The notes under the pieces: generated by a model
The model's input: the letters and a program-made list of their open reading frames with translations, nothing else
Databases searched by the model: none
What the model was told of the DNA's origin: nothing
From: Escherichia phage PECP20
DNA: 64,000 nt
Sequence record: OQ873415.1
Direction: 5' to 3' (one strand)
Made by a program: the position numbers and the translations under genes
Shown: positions 1 to 8,205 of the stretch, in pieces
Numbering within the stretch: position 1 is the stretch's first letter
Layout: each line of letters begins with the position of its first letter

Positions 1-266
1 TCAAGCATCCCCTTTAAATCGACTAAACAGCAATTGGTAAACGGAAGAGCAGGAGAATAATCAATATCATGCATGTGGATAATTCCACTTTCATGCGCAT
101 TCATAATAAAAGACGGGACCATATTTTTGGCAATGTGCTTAGACACAATACCAGCCATAAGGTCCCGTTGAGTTGGAAAAACACGAGAATCTTTATTAGC
201 ATTCTCGTTCAAAAGATCTTTATTAGTTTTATAAATTAATCCTTCAATTTCTTTTTCAATTTTCAT
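1..266 (-). CDS. nrdD: anaerobic ribonucleoside-triphosphate reductase NrdD, N-terminal fragment; gene runs off the window start
   Basis: Own minus-strand translation from ATG at 264-266: MKIEKEIEGLIYKTNKDLLNENANKDSRVFPTQRDLMAGIV..., matches T4 NrdD N-terminus as recalled; ATGA overlap with gene 49 stop; not in ORF track because no stop lies inside the window. Confidence 0.8.
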   Translation of the reverse strand, partial: MKIEKEIEGLIYKTNKDLLNENANKDSRVFPTQRDLMAGIVSKHIAKNMVPSFIMNAHESGIIHMHDIDYSPALPFTNCCLVDLKGML

Positions 267-736
267 TTTAAACTCTTTCTAAGCTGCTTTTTGAATGAAG
301 CTATTAATTGTGTTTTAGTATCAGATTCATTATATTCAAATCCTCTTTGAAGCATCTCAGTCATCATTTCCTCTTTACCTAGTCTTGAGAACTCTTTAGT
401 TTTGTCTGGAACAAAATTAGGATGGATATTATTATCAGAATAATCTTGTTTCAAATAAGCAAGAAGAGCTTCAAGCCATTCGAGGTAGTCGACATCACGA
501 CCTTTAAGACCAGAACGGTTGAACTTATGCTTCATTTGGCCTTCTGCTGCGTTGCACAGATTACAGAGTAATCCACGAACTCTACCGGCTTTTGGCCCGT
601 TTAACTCGTGGTCGTGGTCAAGATGGTTACCTTGAACATCAGGGTCTAATTCACGGTGGCAAATAGGACACTTACCGTTCTGTGCATCATAAAATTTTTG
701 TTTTTCTTCTTTATATTTTGCGCCTGATAATAACAT
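263..736 (-). CDS. 49: endonuclease VII, Holliday junction resolvase
   Basis: 157 aa ORF nearly identical to T4 gp49 as recalled; Cys pairs CPIC and CNLCN for the zinc site. Confidence 0.93.
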   Translation of the reverse strand: MLLSGAKYKEEKQKFYDAQNGKCPICHRELDPDVQGNHLDHDHELNGPKAGRVRGLLCNLCNAAEGQMKHKFNRSGLKGRDVDYLEWLEALLAYLKQDYSDNNIHPNFVPDKTKEFSRLGKEEMMTEMLQRGFEYNESDTKTQLIASFKKQLRKSLK

Positions 737-775
737 GATAAACCCTTACCTTAAATAGATAAGGGTATTTATAAT

Positions 776-946
776 TTAGTAAATGTTATAAAAGTTACGA
801 TGAGAACGTTTAGCTTTGCGAAGCTGACGTTTAGTAGGACGAACTGTAAATGGTTGTCCAGAGAAAAAATTCGGATCGGTTTTAATAAGCAAATACCAAT
901 CACGCTTGCCATTTTTTAATAAACGGTACAATAATTTAACTTGCAT
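776..946 (-). CDS. small basic hypothetical protein, about 56 aa
   Basis: Own translation MQVKLLYRLLKNGKRDWYLLIKTDPNFFSGQPFTVRPTKRQLRKAKRSHRNFYNIY; below ORF-track size cutoff; fills the gap after gene 49. Confidence 0.3.
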   Translation of the reverse strand: MQVKLLYRLLKNGKRDWYLLIKTDPNFFSGQPFTVRPTKRQLRKAKRSHRNFYNIY

Positions 947-1074
947 AATAATCTCTTCCCATTTCCATATCGATTAATTCATTTATTGAAGGTTCATCAT
1001 AACATGGTTCTTCGTCGTTGTAAACTGTTTCGACGTCTGGCTCGACAGTCTCCCATCGAGCAGAATACCACGGT

Positions 1075-1431
1075 TTAACCCCGGAGTTTATTGAGCTCTT
1101 CATAATCAATCCAGGATTCTAGCCCTGACGGCAGGTCACATTCAATGTTCCACAGAAGCTCTTCAATGGCTTGCAGGCGATTATATTCTTCAACGGTAAT
1201 GGTAACCATTGGTGCAACCGGTTCTGCCTTTTTAACCATCATGTCATTCATCAGGACATACAAGTCATCACGAACGACGGTGTCGTTCCAACCCCATGAT
1301 TTGGCTTCATACGCTAATGATGAAGGGAGCACATTTAAAACTTCAATAATAGATGGAGATTCAGGACCAAGCTCTGATACACAAACTTCGTATGCATCTT
1401 GGAAATCTTTAAGATTTAATGAATATGTCAT
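1075..1431 (-). CDS. hypothetical protein, 118 aa
   Basis: ORF track; co-oriented and tightly packed with neighbours; start preceded by the 19-nt sequence also found before the next gene. Confidence 0.6.
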   Translation of the reverse strand: MTYSLNLKDFQDAYEVCVSELGPESPSIIEVLNVLPSSLAYEAKSWGWNDTVVRDDLYVLMNDMMVKKAEPVAPMVTITVEEYNRLQAIEELLWNIECDLPSGLESWIDYEELNKLRG

Positions 1432-1450
1432 TTAAAATATTCTCGCAGTT
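1429..1450 (-). repeat. 22-nt direct repeat copy 1 (catttaaaatattctcgcagtt on plus strand) at a gene start
   Basis: Identical to 1744-1765. Confidence 0.8.
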
Positions 1451-1746
1451 TATTGTTCTACCCAGGCATAGGAAACTTCGAAATCAGGACCACCGTATTC
1501 CCAGTGATATTCACCAACAGGAATCCAGTCACCGTGCTCGTTTTCTTCATAGTCCTCAGCCTCAAGGCCAACGAATCGCCATTGGACACCGATGATTCGA
1601 TTACCCATCATTACTCTAAATTCACCCCATGGATTATCGATAGCATATTGGATATCGTTCTTAGCACGAGAACACATTTCTTGATATAACAAAGCTTCTA
1701 ATTTACCCTGGTCATAAGAGCCCGGGAAAGTTAAATCAATACTCAT
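1450..1746 (-). CDS. hypothetical protein, 98 aa
   Basis: ORF track; start codon overlaps nrdC stop. Confidence 0.6.
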   Translation of the reverse strand: MSIDLTFPGSYDQGKLEALLYQEMCSRAKNDIQYAIDNPWGEFRVMMGNRIIGVQWRFVGLEAEDYEENEHGDWIPVGEYHWEYGGPDFEVSYAWVEQ

Positions 1747-2006
1747 TTAAAATATTCTCGCAGTTGGTCAAATCCACCAATATGACTTCCATCAGGAGCA
1801 AACACTTGAGGCATAGTCAATCCGACTTGTGATTCACGTCCAAGCTTAACCAGAAGCTCAGCAATTTTCTCATCATCAAAAACACCTTTTTCTGGCATAA
1901 CATTAATGAATTCGAATGGCTGTTTCTTAACAGTCAGCAATCGTTTCGCATTATCACAATAAATGCATTTATGAATAGTAGAGTCATACCCGTACACTTT
2001 AAACAT
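1743..2006 (-). CDS. nrdC: thioredoxin/glutaredoxin NrdC
   Basis: Start corrected to internal ATG (MFKVYGYDSTIHKCIYCDNAKRLL...), 87 aa, near-identical to T4 NrdC as recalled; CIYC redox motif. Confidence 0.9.
   Translation of the reverse strand: MFKVYGYDSTIHKCIYCDNAKRLLTVKKQPFEFINVMPEKGVFDDEKIAELLVKLGRESQVGLTMPQVFAPDGSHIGGFDQLREYFK
1744..1765 (-). repeat. 22-nt direct repeat copy 2, overlapping nrdC 3' end and next gene start
   Basis: Identical to 1429-1450. Confidence 0.8.
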
Positions 2007-2412
2007 TATTTTTCCTTTCATCGATTAAATATGCAATGCCAAATACAATACATGTAATAAAACCTGTGATACAGATAGAAACCAACAACACTGTACCAAA
2101 GAACCAAATCAAGTTATCTTTAGTAGTTTGTTTGATATCCATCTCACGAATTTCTATAGCTATCGTATCACCTTTATTCAGAAGCGTATAAAACGACGGT
2201 GATACACGCCTGTCAAAAACTCGTCCTTGCTCATCTTTATAGACTGCAATAAATTCTAATTTAGAATATTTTCCTGTAGATTGGCCTGAGATTAATTCCA
2301 CTACCTCCACAGGAATTACTTTAGTTTCCATGTAAGTATTCTGGCTGTTCCAAATGAATGGAATAATGGCAAAAACTAAAGCTGCGATAAAACAACGAAG
2401 GCTATATCTCAT
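1999..2412 (-). CDS. hypothetical membrane protein, 137 aa
   Basis: ORF track; hydrophobic N-terminal and C-terminal segments. Confidence 0.6.
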   Translation of the reverse strand: MRYSLRCFIAALVFAIIPFIWNSQNTYMETKVIPVEVVELISGQSTGKYSKLEFIAVYKDEQGRVFDRRVSPSFYTLLNKGDTIAIEIREMDIKQTTKDNLIWFFGTVLLVSICITGFITCIVFGIAYLIDERKNNV

Positions 2413-2717
2413 TATAATGTTCTCTCAAATTTGTGGAAGCATTTACGGCATTTCAATTTCAAGTTATCAGTGGTCCAGTTAACCAGTTGGACTTGGATAG
2501 TTCCACATTCCGGGCATGGATGTTTTGCTGCTGATTTGGCAGCATTTTCACGTCGTTCAACCATTTTCATTATTTCGTTCCATGCTGGAGGAACGAACTC
2601 TTCTTCACCGTGGATTTTATCTCGCTGAACAAATTCAATCTTTGAACTATCGTCAATAAACTTAACCAAGCCATGATTAGTGCTCATATCAATATCCTCT
2701 AAAAGACGTAGTTTCAT
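2412..2717 (-). CDS. hypothetical zinc-ribbon protein, 101 aa
   Basis: ORF track; CPECG...CRKC four-cysteine arrangement near C-terminus. Confidence 0.6.
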   Translation of the reverse strand: MKLRLLEDIDMSTNHGLVKFIDDSSKIEFVQRDKIHGEEEFVPPAWNEIMKMVERRENAAKSAAKHPCPECGTIQVQLVNWTTDNLKLKCRKCFHKFERTL

Positions 2718-3667
2718 TATAACACCTCAATGGCATTTCGTAAACCGTCCGCTTTCGCATTCAGAGTTTTTAACGATTTAGTCTGTTCTTTAATCTGGGC
2801 TTCGACTTCTTTCAGACGAGATTTGAGATATTCACGTTCTTCGCTCAAGTTGTCAACTTTTTCTACTTTAGGTTCTTTAATAGTCTTAAGTTTATACTCG
2901 TTAGGGTTCTTCAGCTTAATTCGGGTGCGAGAACTGTATAACATTGAACCGTTATCTTCGGATTCGTCGAACGTTTCAACAACATCCATAGTCTCTAACA
3001 ATGTAATAAGTTTATAAGACAATGAACGAACGGTTTTATTATGCTTATTAATTTCTTCAGCTTTCATGGTACCGAGATTACGTGAGTAGTAATAAGGAAC
3101 CTGGATATCAATTGATAATGATGCGTTACCATTACCGGTCGGTTTGAATACTGCAGTAACCCAATCTTTAACATGAACTTTATTTGTACGACAATCACCG
3201 CCCGTGAATAATTTACGAGAATGTTTAAAAAGCATATTCACTTGGTTATTGAATTCACAAGCAAATTTATCAGCGAATTTAGTTTCAGGAATGGTAGATA
3301 ACCAATCAGCCAAATGAGTCTTTTTAACATCATTAACAATAGTGAATTCAACCAAATCAGTTTTAGATGTCACAGATTTAATAAAGCTCGGTTTCATAAA
3401 GTTTTTAATGTTATCGCGAGCTACAGTAGAAGATAATAAACGAGAACGTTTGAACCATTGAAGCAGTGTCCCTAATGAATGAGAATACGCATTCTGAGTA
3501 TCTTTACAGATATGATTTTCTTGACCTGTGTATGTACCAAAATCGCGAAGAATACCACTTACTACATCTCGGTGTGGAACATCAAATCCTAGTGCACCAA
3601 CAGCGCGCTGGGCACGAACGTTAGCGATAAGACCGGCAAAGTATTCAATGTAATGTGAACGTGTCAT
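2717..3667 (-). CDS. hypothetical protein with C-terminal coiled coil, 316 aa
   Basis: ORF track; own early promoter at 3693-3726; C-terminal 60-80 aa heptad-like K/E-rich. Confidence 0.7.
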   Translation of the reverse strand: MTRSHYIEYFAGLIANVRAQRAVGALGFDVPHRDVVSGILRDFGTYTGQENHICKDTQNAYSHSLGTLLQWFKRSRLLSSTVARDNIKNFMKPSFIKSVTSKTDLVEFTIVNDVKKTHLADWLSTIPETKFADKFACEFNNQVNMLFKHSRKLFTGGDCRTNKVHVKDWVTAVFKPTGNGNASLSIDIQVPYYYSRNLGTMKAEEINKHNKTVRSLSYKLITLLETMDVVETFDESEDNGSMLYSSRTRIKLKNPNEYKLKTIKEPKVEKVDNLSEEREYLKSRLKEVEAQIKEQTKSLKTLNAKADGLRNAIEVL

Positions 3668-3692
3668 AATATTTTCCTCTCGTTAAGATAGA

Positions 3693-3726
3693 TTTATTAT
3701 ACTCCAACCATCCTTGGTTGTAAACC
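3693..3726 (-). promoter_or_regulatory. early sigma70-type promoter (GTTTAC -35, TATAAT -10) with imperfect palindrome in spacer
   Basis: Minus strand reads GTTTACAACCAAGGATGGTTGGAGTATAAT; near-identical copy at 4713-4746. Confidence 0.6.
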
Positions 3727-3729
3727 GTT

Positions 3730-4689
3730 TTATGATTTTAATGCATTCATTGCATTAAAAAGTTTAGAGTACTGCAACTGGAGATTCGTTACAACACTTT
3801 GAGCATCACGAAGCTTAGCTTGTGCTTTGTCAAGTTCAACGGACAGTTGGTCTGCAGTAGCCTTGATTTGGTTGTAATGATAATCTTCGGCCGGAAGAAG
3901 GTCATTAGAAACATTTAGTTTTACTGCCGACAGTTTGCACACATTTGGCAAACCTTTAAACATACCGGGTTGTGTCGGAGAATATGCGCTTAGAACCTCT
4001 GCATTACCGACTGGTGTTGCTGTGATATTGCCTTCGAACGTTGCATTTTCCTTTTTAAGATTTTGATAGTATTCAGAGTCTTTGTGCCACCATGGCGCAG
4101 GAACCTTTTTACCAATAGATACACGAGCCTGGATAGCGATATGGCCCTTATTCTTGATAGGGTCGATAATATTAAGCTCACGAGAATAAATTGCTTTAAT
4201 CTGGTGGATATTATCACCTAAAACTTCTAACGCTTGGTGGAATACACGAGCAACGTTATCGTTCTTAGGTTTATACGTGAGAGTGAACTCGTTCTCGCTG
4301 ATAACCATGATTTCCAACTTATCGTAAGTATATTTCAAATGTTTCATGTTAATTGCTTGAGGACGAATACGAGAAGCAATGGCCATCAGATTGTTAAGGT
4401 TATTCCGGAACTGCTTAGCGAAATATTGTCCTTCACCGCCAATACAAAAATTACGAAGTTTCTGTTTGGCTAATAAACGGCTGAACTCACCATTTTTAAT
4501 GAACTCTTTAACGGGCGTGTTAGTAACACATTCAAATTGAGTAAACATACGAGAAGTAATCCCATAATACGAACAGACTTCCTCAATCTCTTCAGGAGTT
4601 TTTACAGGCATACGGATAGGATTAGGTCCTGGAGTATATGCGTTCGAGGTAAATTCTTTGATAAGTTCTCTACGTGTAATAAAAGCCAT
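3730..4689 (-). CDS. hypothetical protein with C-terminal coiled coil, 319 aa
   Basis: ORF track; promoter at 4713-4746 nearly identical to the one at 3693-3726. Confidence 0.7.
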   Translation of the reverse strand: MAFITRRELIKEFTSNAYTPGPNPIRMPVKTPEEIEEVCSYYGITSRMFTQFECVTNTPVKEFIKNGEFSRLLAKQKLRNFCIGGEGQYFAKQFRNNLNNLMAIASRIRPQAINMKHLKYTYDKLEIMVISENEFTLTYKPKNDNVARVFHQALEVLGDNIHQIKAIYSRELNIIDPIKNKGHIAIQARVSIGKKVPAPWWHKDSEYYQNLKKENATFEGNITATPVGNAEVLSAYSPTQPGMFKGLPNVCKLSAVKLNVSNDLLPAEDYHYNQIKATADQLSVELDKAQAKLRDAQSVVTNLQLQYSKLFNAMNALKS

Positions 4690-4712
4690 TTTATATTCCT
4701 CATGTTGAAAAA

Positions 4713-4746
4713 TTTATTATACTCCAACCATCCTTGGTTGTACATC
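4713..4746 (-). promoter_or_regulatory. early promoter, duplicate of 3693-3726
   Basis: Plus strand ttattatactccaaccatccttggttgta repeated at both sites. Confidence 0.6.
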
Positions 4747-5740
4747 ATTCCTTAAGAAGTTTTACTACTTGAATAAGATTAGCTCGTTCTGTTTTATTTT
4801 TACCATTTAAGCCTGCTAATCGTGAGATTTCATCGTCAGTCTGTTGAATAGTTACATTAAGTTCGTTAATCAAAGCTTCAAAGTATTTGATTTGCTCAGC
4901 ATGTTTTGATTCAAATTTCTGAACCGGAATAACGTCTTGGTTCAGTTCATCAATAAGGTCTTTAAGAGCATCTTCTTGGTTGATATCGTATTCAACTTCT
5001 TTTATTTCTTCAACGAACTCGTTTTTATATCTAACATCTTTTAGTCCTGGTGCCGGTCCTGAAATCTCTTCTTTAAGAGTACAAACATACCCAATACGGT
5101 ATTGGATACCGTCTCGCTTGATATCAACTTCGTCGATAAATCCGCAATGTTTAAGACCAGAGCCGATTAGGTCAAAATATCCTTGACGTCGTCCTTCAAA
5201 CGTTACACGAACTACTAAGACAGTTTTGCCAGCGACCTTTTGAAGCTCACATTTATAAAAGTTCGTTGAACCTGAATAACGTGGATGAGTTTTAAAGTTC
5301 ATCTGACGATCTAGGCCCATTTGTAAACGTGCTGTTACGGCCATAAAACGTGTTTGGTTCTCGTTAAGATGAGCAACAATCCATTTCAAAGGCATTTTAC
5401 CCTGTTCACGACCGAACAAATCAGTACATCCTAGATTACGCAGGATGTTGTTAGAGTTAATCATCGACAGAACGTTAAGTTTATTCAGCGCGCTGAAGAT
5501 TCCATCAGCCATTGATTTTCCATAACCTTTACACGCTTTAATAAGTGCTCGCGGCAGATTAGTATAGATTTCAGACGGCATATGAAAATCAAATTTACTA
5601 GTCAGTAATTGATGAACTTGGATAGCAATTTGCTCGTAATTAAGTGCTCTGCGATCATTATGGTCTTTAAACCACACTTTAATCTGTGAAGCACATAAAC
5701 CGTTAATTTCATGTTTTACCGCATCAGATGTAATGCTCAT
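4745..5740 (-). CDS. hypothetical protein with C-terminal coiled coil, 331 aa
   Basis: ORF track; same architecture as the two ORFs downstream of it. Confidence 0.7.
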   Translation of the reverse strand: MSITSDAVKHEINGLCASQIKVWFKDHNDRRALNYEQIAIQVHQLLTSKFDFHMPSEIYTNLPRALIKACKGYGKSMADGIFSALNKLNVLSMINSNNILRNLGCTDLFGREQGKMPLKWIVAHLNENQTRFMAVTARLQMGLDRQMNFKTHPRYSGSTNFYKCELQKVAGKTVLVVRVTFEGRRQGYFDLIGSGLKHCGFIDEVDIKRDGIQYRIGYVCTLKEEISGPAPGLKDVRYKNEFVEEIKEVEYDINQEDALKDLIDELNQDVIPVQKFESKHAEQIKYFEALINELNVTIQQTDDEISRLAGLNGKNKTERANLIQVVKLLKE

Positions 5741-5802
5741 AACTATTTCCTCAGATTGAATTGGAACTCAAAACCATTATAACCCGTCCTTGGGTAAAGC
5801 GT

Positions 5803-6330
5803 TTATGCGTGAACCGTCTTTAAACGTTCTTCAAATTTCCGAAGAGTACTAATACGTTCTGCTTTCTGTTTTGTATAGTTTGCAATACGTTCTGAAGTGA
5901 GAGCGTATCGTTCGTTTACTGTTTCTTTCATGAAGTCAGGGATTTCACGAGAAGCTTTAATTTCATCAAACTTGTCGAGTACTGCCTGGTCTTCAGCGAT
6001 TAAATTTTCATACATCTCGATATCTTTCTTGATAAACTCGATATCTTCCTGGGTTACTTTGGATAAACGAGACGCTTTATCCTTTTTGTACTGCTCGTTA
6101 GTTTCACGAGACCAGAATAATGTACGTTTTTTGTTAGTGTTTTTGTAGACTTCCACAATTCCAACTGAATCGATGATAACAATCCAATTCCAGCGAGATT
6201 TGAAAATCTGACCTCCGTCCACGGTAATCTCGTTATCATAAGCAACGTCATTAAAGAACTTGCTTTGTGCTTCAGATTTAAATTTACCGTCGTTATAATT
6301 TACCAGGTTGAAAATATCTTTAGCGTTCAT
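5803..6330 (-). CDS. hypothetical protein, 175 aa
   Basis: ORF track; RBS GGAGG and early-promoter cassette immediately upstream. Confidence 0.7.
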   Translation of the reverse strand: MNAKDIFNLVNYNDGKFKSEAQSKFFNDVAYDNEITVDGGQIFKSRWNWIVIIDSVGIVEVYKNTNKKRTLFWSRETNEQYKKDKASRLSKVTQEDIEFIKKDIEMYENLIAEDQAVLDKFDEIKASREIPDFMKETVNERYALTSERIANYTKQKAERISTLRKFEERLKTVHA

Positions 6331-6344
6331 GTTTTACCTCCAGT

Positions 6345-6387
6345 AGTTGATAGGTCTATAATAACATAACCATAGACCTTGTAAACA
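6345..6387 (-). promoter_or_regulatory. early promoter cassette
   Basis: Minus strand GTTTAC-N17-TATTAT, with inverted repeat GGTCTAT...ATAGACC. Confidence 0.6.
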
Positions 6388-6388
6388 A

Positions 6389-6676
6389 CTAAAAGAAACT
6401 TTTTTCAGTATTTTTTCCACTGAACCAAACAGACTTCGGGATTTTTTGTAATTTTTCAGACTTAAGTTTCTCTTCCTGTTCTTTCTTATATACTCCCTTG
6501 TCGTACTGGAGCATCTCTAGGGCATTCTTTTGCAAACGATCTAAGGTAATTAAGGCTTTAGTTTTTCCTTTCAAGGAAGAGTCCTGGCGAACTTCCTCGC
6601 TATATTGCATCGTAGAACTAACCATACGATGTGCATACAGTTCGACTGCGGCTTTGATTTTTTGCATAAAATCCAT
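6389..6676 (-). CDS. hypothetical protein, 95 aa
   Basis: ORF track only. Confidence 0.5.
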   Translation of the reverse strand: MDFMQKIKAAVELYAHRMVSSTMQYSEEVRQDSSLKGKTKALITLDRLQKNALEMLQYDKGVYKKEQEEKLKSEKLQKIPKSVWFSGKNTEKSFF

Positions 6677-6814
6677 AACATATCCTCTTTGATTTGTACA
6701 TCATTATTTTTAAATATTTCTATGCCCTCAGTAGGTTCCTGGTGTCCTTCTTTGAGGTAAGCCATATGGTTATTAATCTTTGTGGCTTTTGTTACCTCAG
6801 GACTTCCTGTAAGC

Positions 6815-7816
6815 TTATTTCAGTAAAGTTACTTCAGAGATTTCCTCCCAACCATCTTTATCGGTTGAAATAAAATCTGCTACATAAAGAGCCGTACGTA
6901 ATGATACATTGCGAAGACGAGATACATTAGCCTTCATCCAGGACAATGCTTTATACGTTTCAGCATCAGTCAAGCCACGTTTCTGCATCATATCAGTAGA
7001 TAATATTACATCTTCAACTCGAACCATAATCTCTTCATTAGAGTGTACTCCAAGGTCGAGATACACTGAACGAGATACTAAAGCTTGAAGGTGTGGAGCA
7101 AGTTTCGAACCCCGTTCTAACTCTTTATCGATATCAACGTTTGTAATGAAAACGATAGTACCTTCAAACTCAAATTCTTTATCAATACCCTTATCCTCGA
7201 GATAAGATGACGCAGTGCTCCAACAAACTTTGCGTTTATCTCCGGTATCTAATGCTGCTTTAAGAAGGTTCAGGATGTCCATATCTGAGAATACGTCAAC
7301 GTCATCGATTAAGAGAACGCTGTCTTCATCACGGTTGAGCCAAAGTTGTTCGTAAAGGCCAATACCGGAGATTTTACCATTAATGCTTTTGTATTTGATG
7401 AAACCATTATCATTAGCATTATTAAGTGCTTTATCCAGAGAATACGTCTTACCAATACCAGCTGCACCTGAAATAATGAGTGAACGAATTTTGCCATCAA
7501 TAATGCCATTCGTCATCATGTTCATTACTTTAAAGCGTTTGTTGATACGAGTTTTCATATCTTCAGTGCTTTCAACAACTGCAACTGGTGACGTCTCAAC
7601 TCCTTCCATTACGATGTCTGATTTGAAGACCCATACTCCACGTTCAGAACCATCAATCATAACGAAAATTTTACCATCACCTAAGTGGGAACATTCAGGA
7701 TTAAGCTTTGCCGGGAACCATGTCTTTGTGGCAACATAAGAACCAGAGATTTCGTTATTACGATAGATACCTTTTTTGATTTGAACGTTGAACATTTTAT
7801 TCTCCAATTTACTCAT
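6815..7816 (-). CDS. P-loop NTPase (AAA-like ATPase) with about 110-aa N-terminal extension
   Basis: Walker A GAAGIGKT, Walker B VLLIDDVD, downstream FITN sensor-like segment; promoter cassette upstream. Confidence 0.75.
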   Translation of the reverse strand: MSKLENKMFNVQIKKGIYRNNEISGSYVATKTWFPAKLNPECSHLGDGKIFVMIDGSERGVWVFKSDIVMEGVETSPVAVVESTEDMKTRINKRFKVMNMMTNGIIDGKIRSLIISGAAGIGKTYSLDKALNNANDNGFIKYKSINGKISGIGLYEQLWLNRDEDSVLLIDDVDVFSDMDILNLLKAALDTGDKRKVCWSTASSYLEDKGIDKEFEFEGTIVFITNVDIDKELERGSKLAPHLQALVSRSVYLDLGVHSNEEIMVRVEDVILSTDMMQKRGLTDAETYKALSWMKANVSRLRNVSLRTALYVADFISTDKDGWEEISEVTLLK

Positions 7817-7824
7817 TTCGTTTC

Positions 7825-7863
7825 GATAGGTCTATAGTATCATATCCTAAAAGCATGTACACT
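7825..7863 (-). promoter_or_regulatory. early promoter cassette (variant -35)
   Basis: Minus strand GTGTACA...TACTATAGACCTATC. Confidence 0.5.
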
Positions 7864-7892
7864 ACTTTTTAAAAATATTTTGACCCCCTAAA

Positions 7893-7908
7893 GGGACCCG
7901 AAGGTCCC
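7893..7908 (-). terminator. GC hairpin with UUCG tetraloop (GGGACC-UUCG-GGUCCC)
   Basis: Perfect 6-bp stem; related copy at 25849-25870. Confidence 0.45.
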
Positions 7909-7985
7909 CACATTTACTTATCGCACTTAGCAACATAATTAGGCATATCACAGAATACGGAGCGTGTAACTACTCGACCCTTTGA

Positions 7986-8174
7986 CTATGCTTCAGTTGC
8001 TTGTCCGGCAGTGCTATTAATATAGCTCGATTTGATATTCTCAATACCCTGAGAATGTGATGCATTTACCGAACCGTTGGAAGGCCCAGAAGACTGGTTA
8101 CCACCAGCTCCTGTGGTAGCACCAACAGAGAATGCCATCATTACTGCGAATAAACCAATTGCTAATTTTTTCAT
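7986..8174 (-). CDS. small secreted protein, 62 aa, signal peptide plus G/S/N-rich tail
   Basis: N-terminus MKKLAIGLFAVMMAFSVGA looks like a signal peptide; hairpin downstream. Confidence 0.5.
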   Translation of the reverse strand: MKKLAIGLFAVMMAFSVGATTGAGGNQSSGPSNGSVNASHSQGIENIKSSYINSTAGQATEA

Positions 8175-8205
8175 ATTTACCTCAAGTTAAGGGTTATTTA
8201 TCTAC

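Noticed and set aside
1145-1435. Plus-strand ORFs overlapping minus-strand early genes (for example 1145-1435, 2431-2628, 7383-7739, 9004-9339)
   Set aside because: They lie antisense to better-supported genes with RBSs, promoters and recognisable products; treated as shadow ORFs.
6571-6765. 64-aa minus-strand ORF overlapping 6389-6676
   Set aside because: Out-of-frame overlap with the neighbouring ORF; only about 30 codons are unique.
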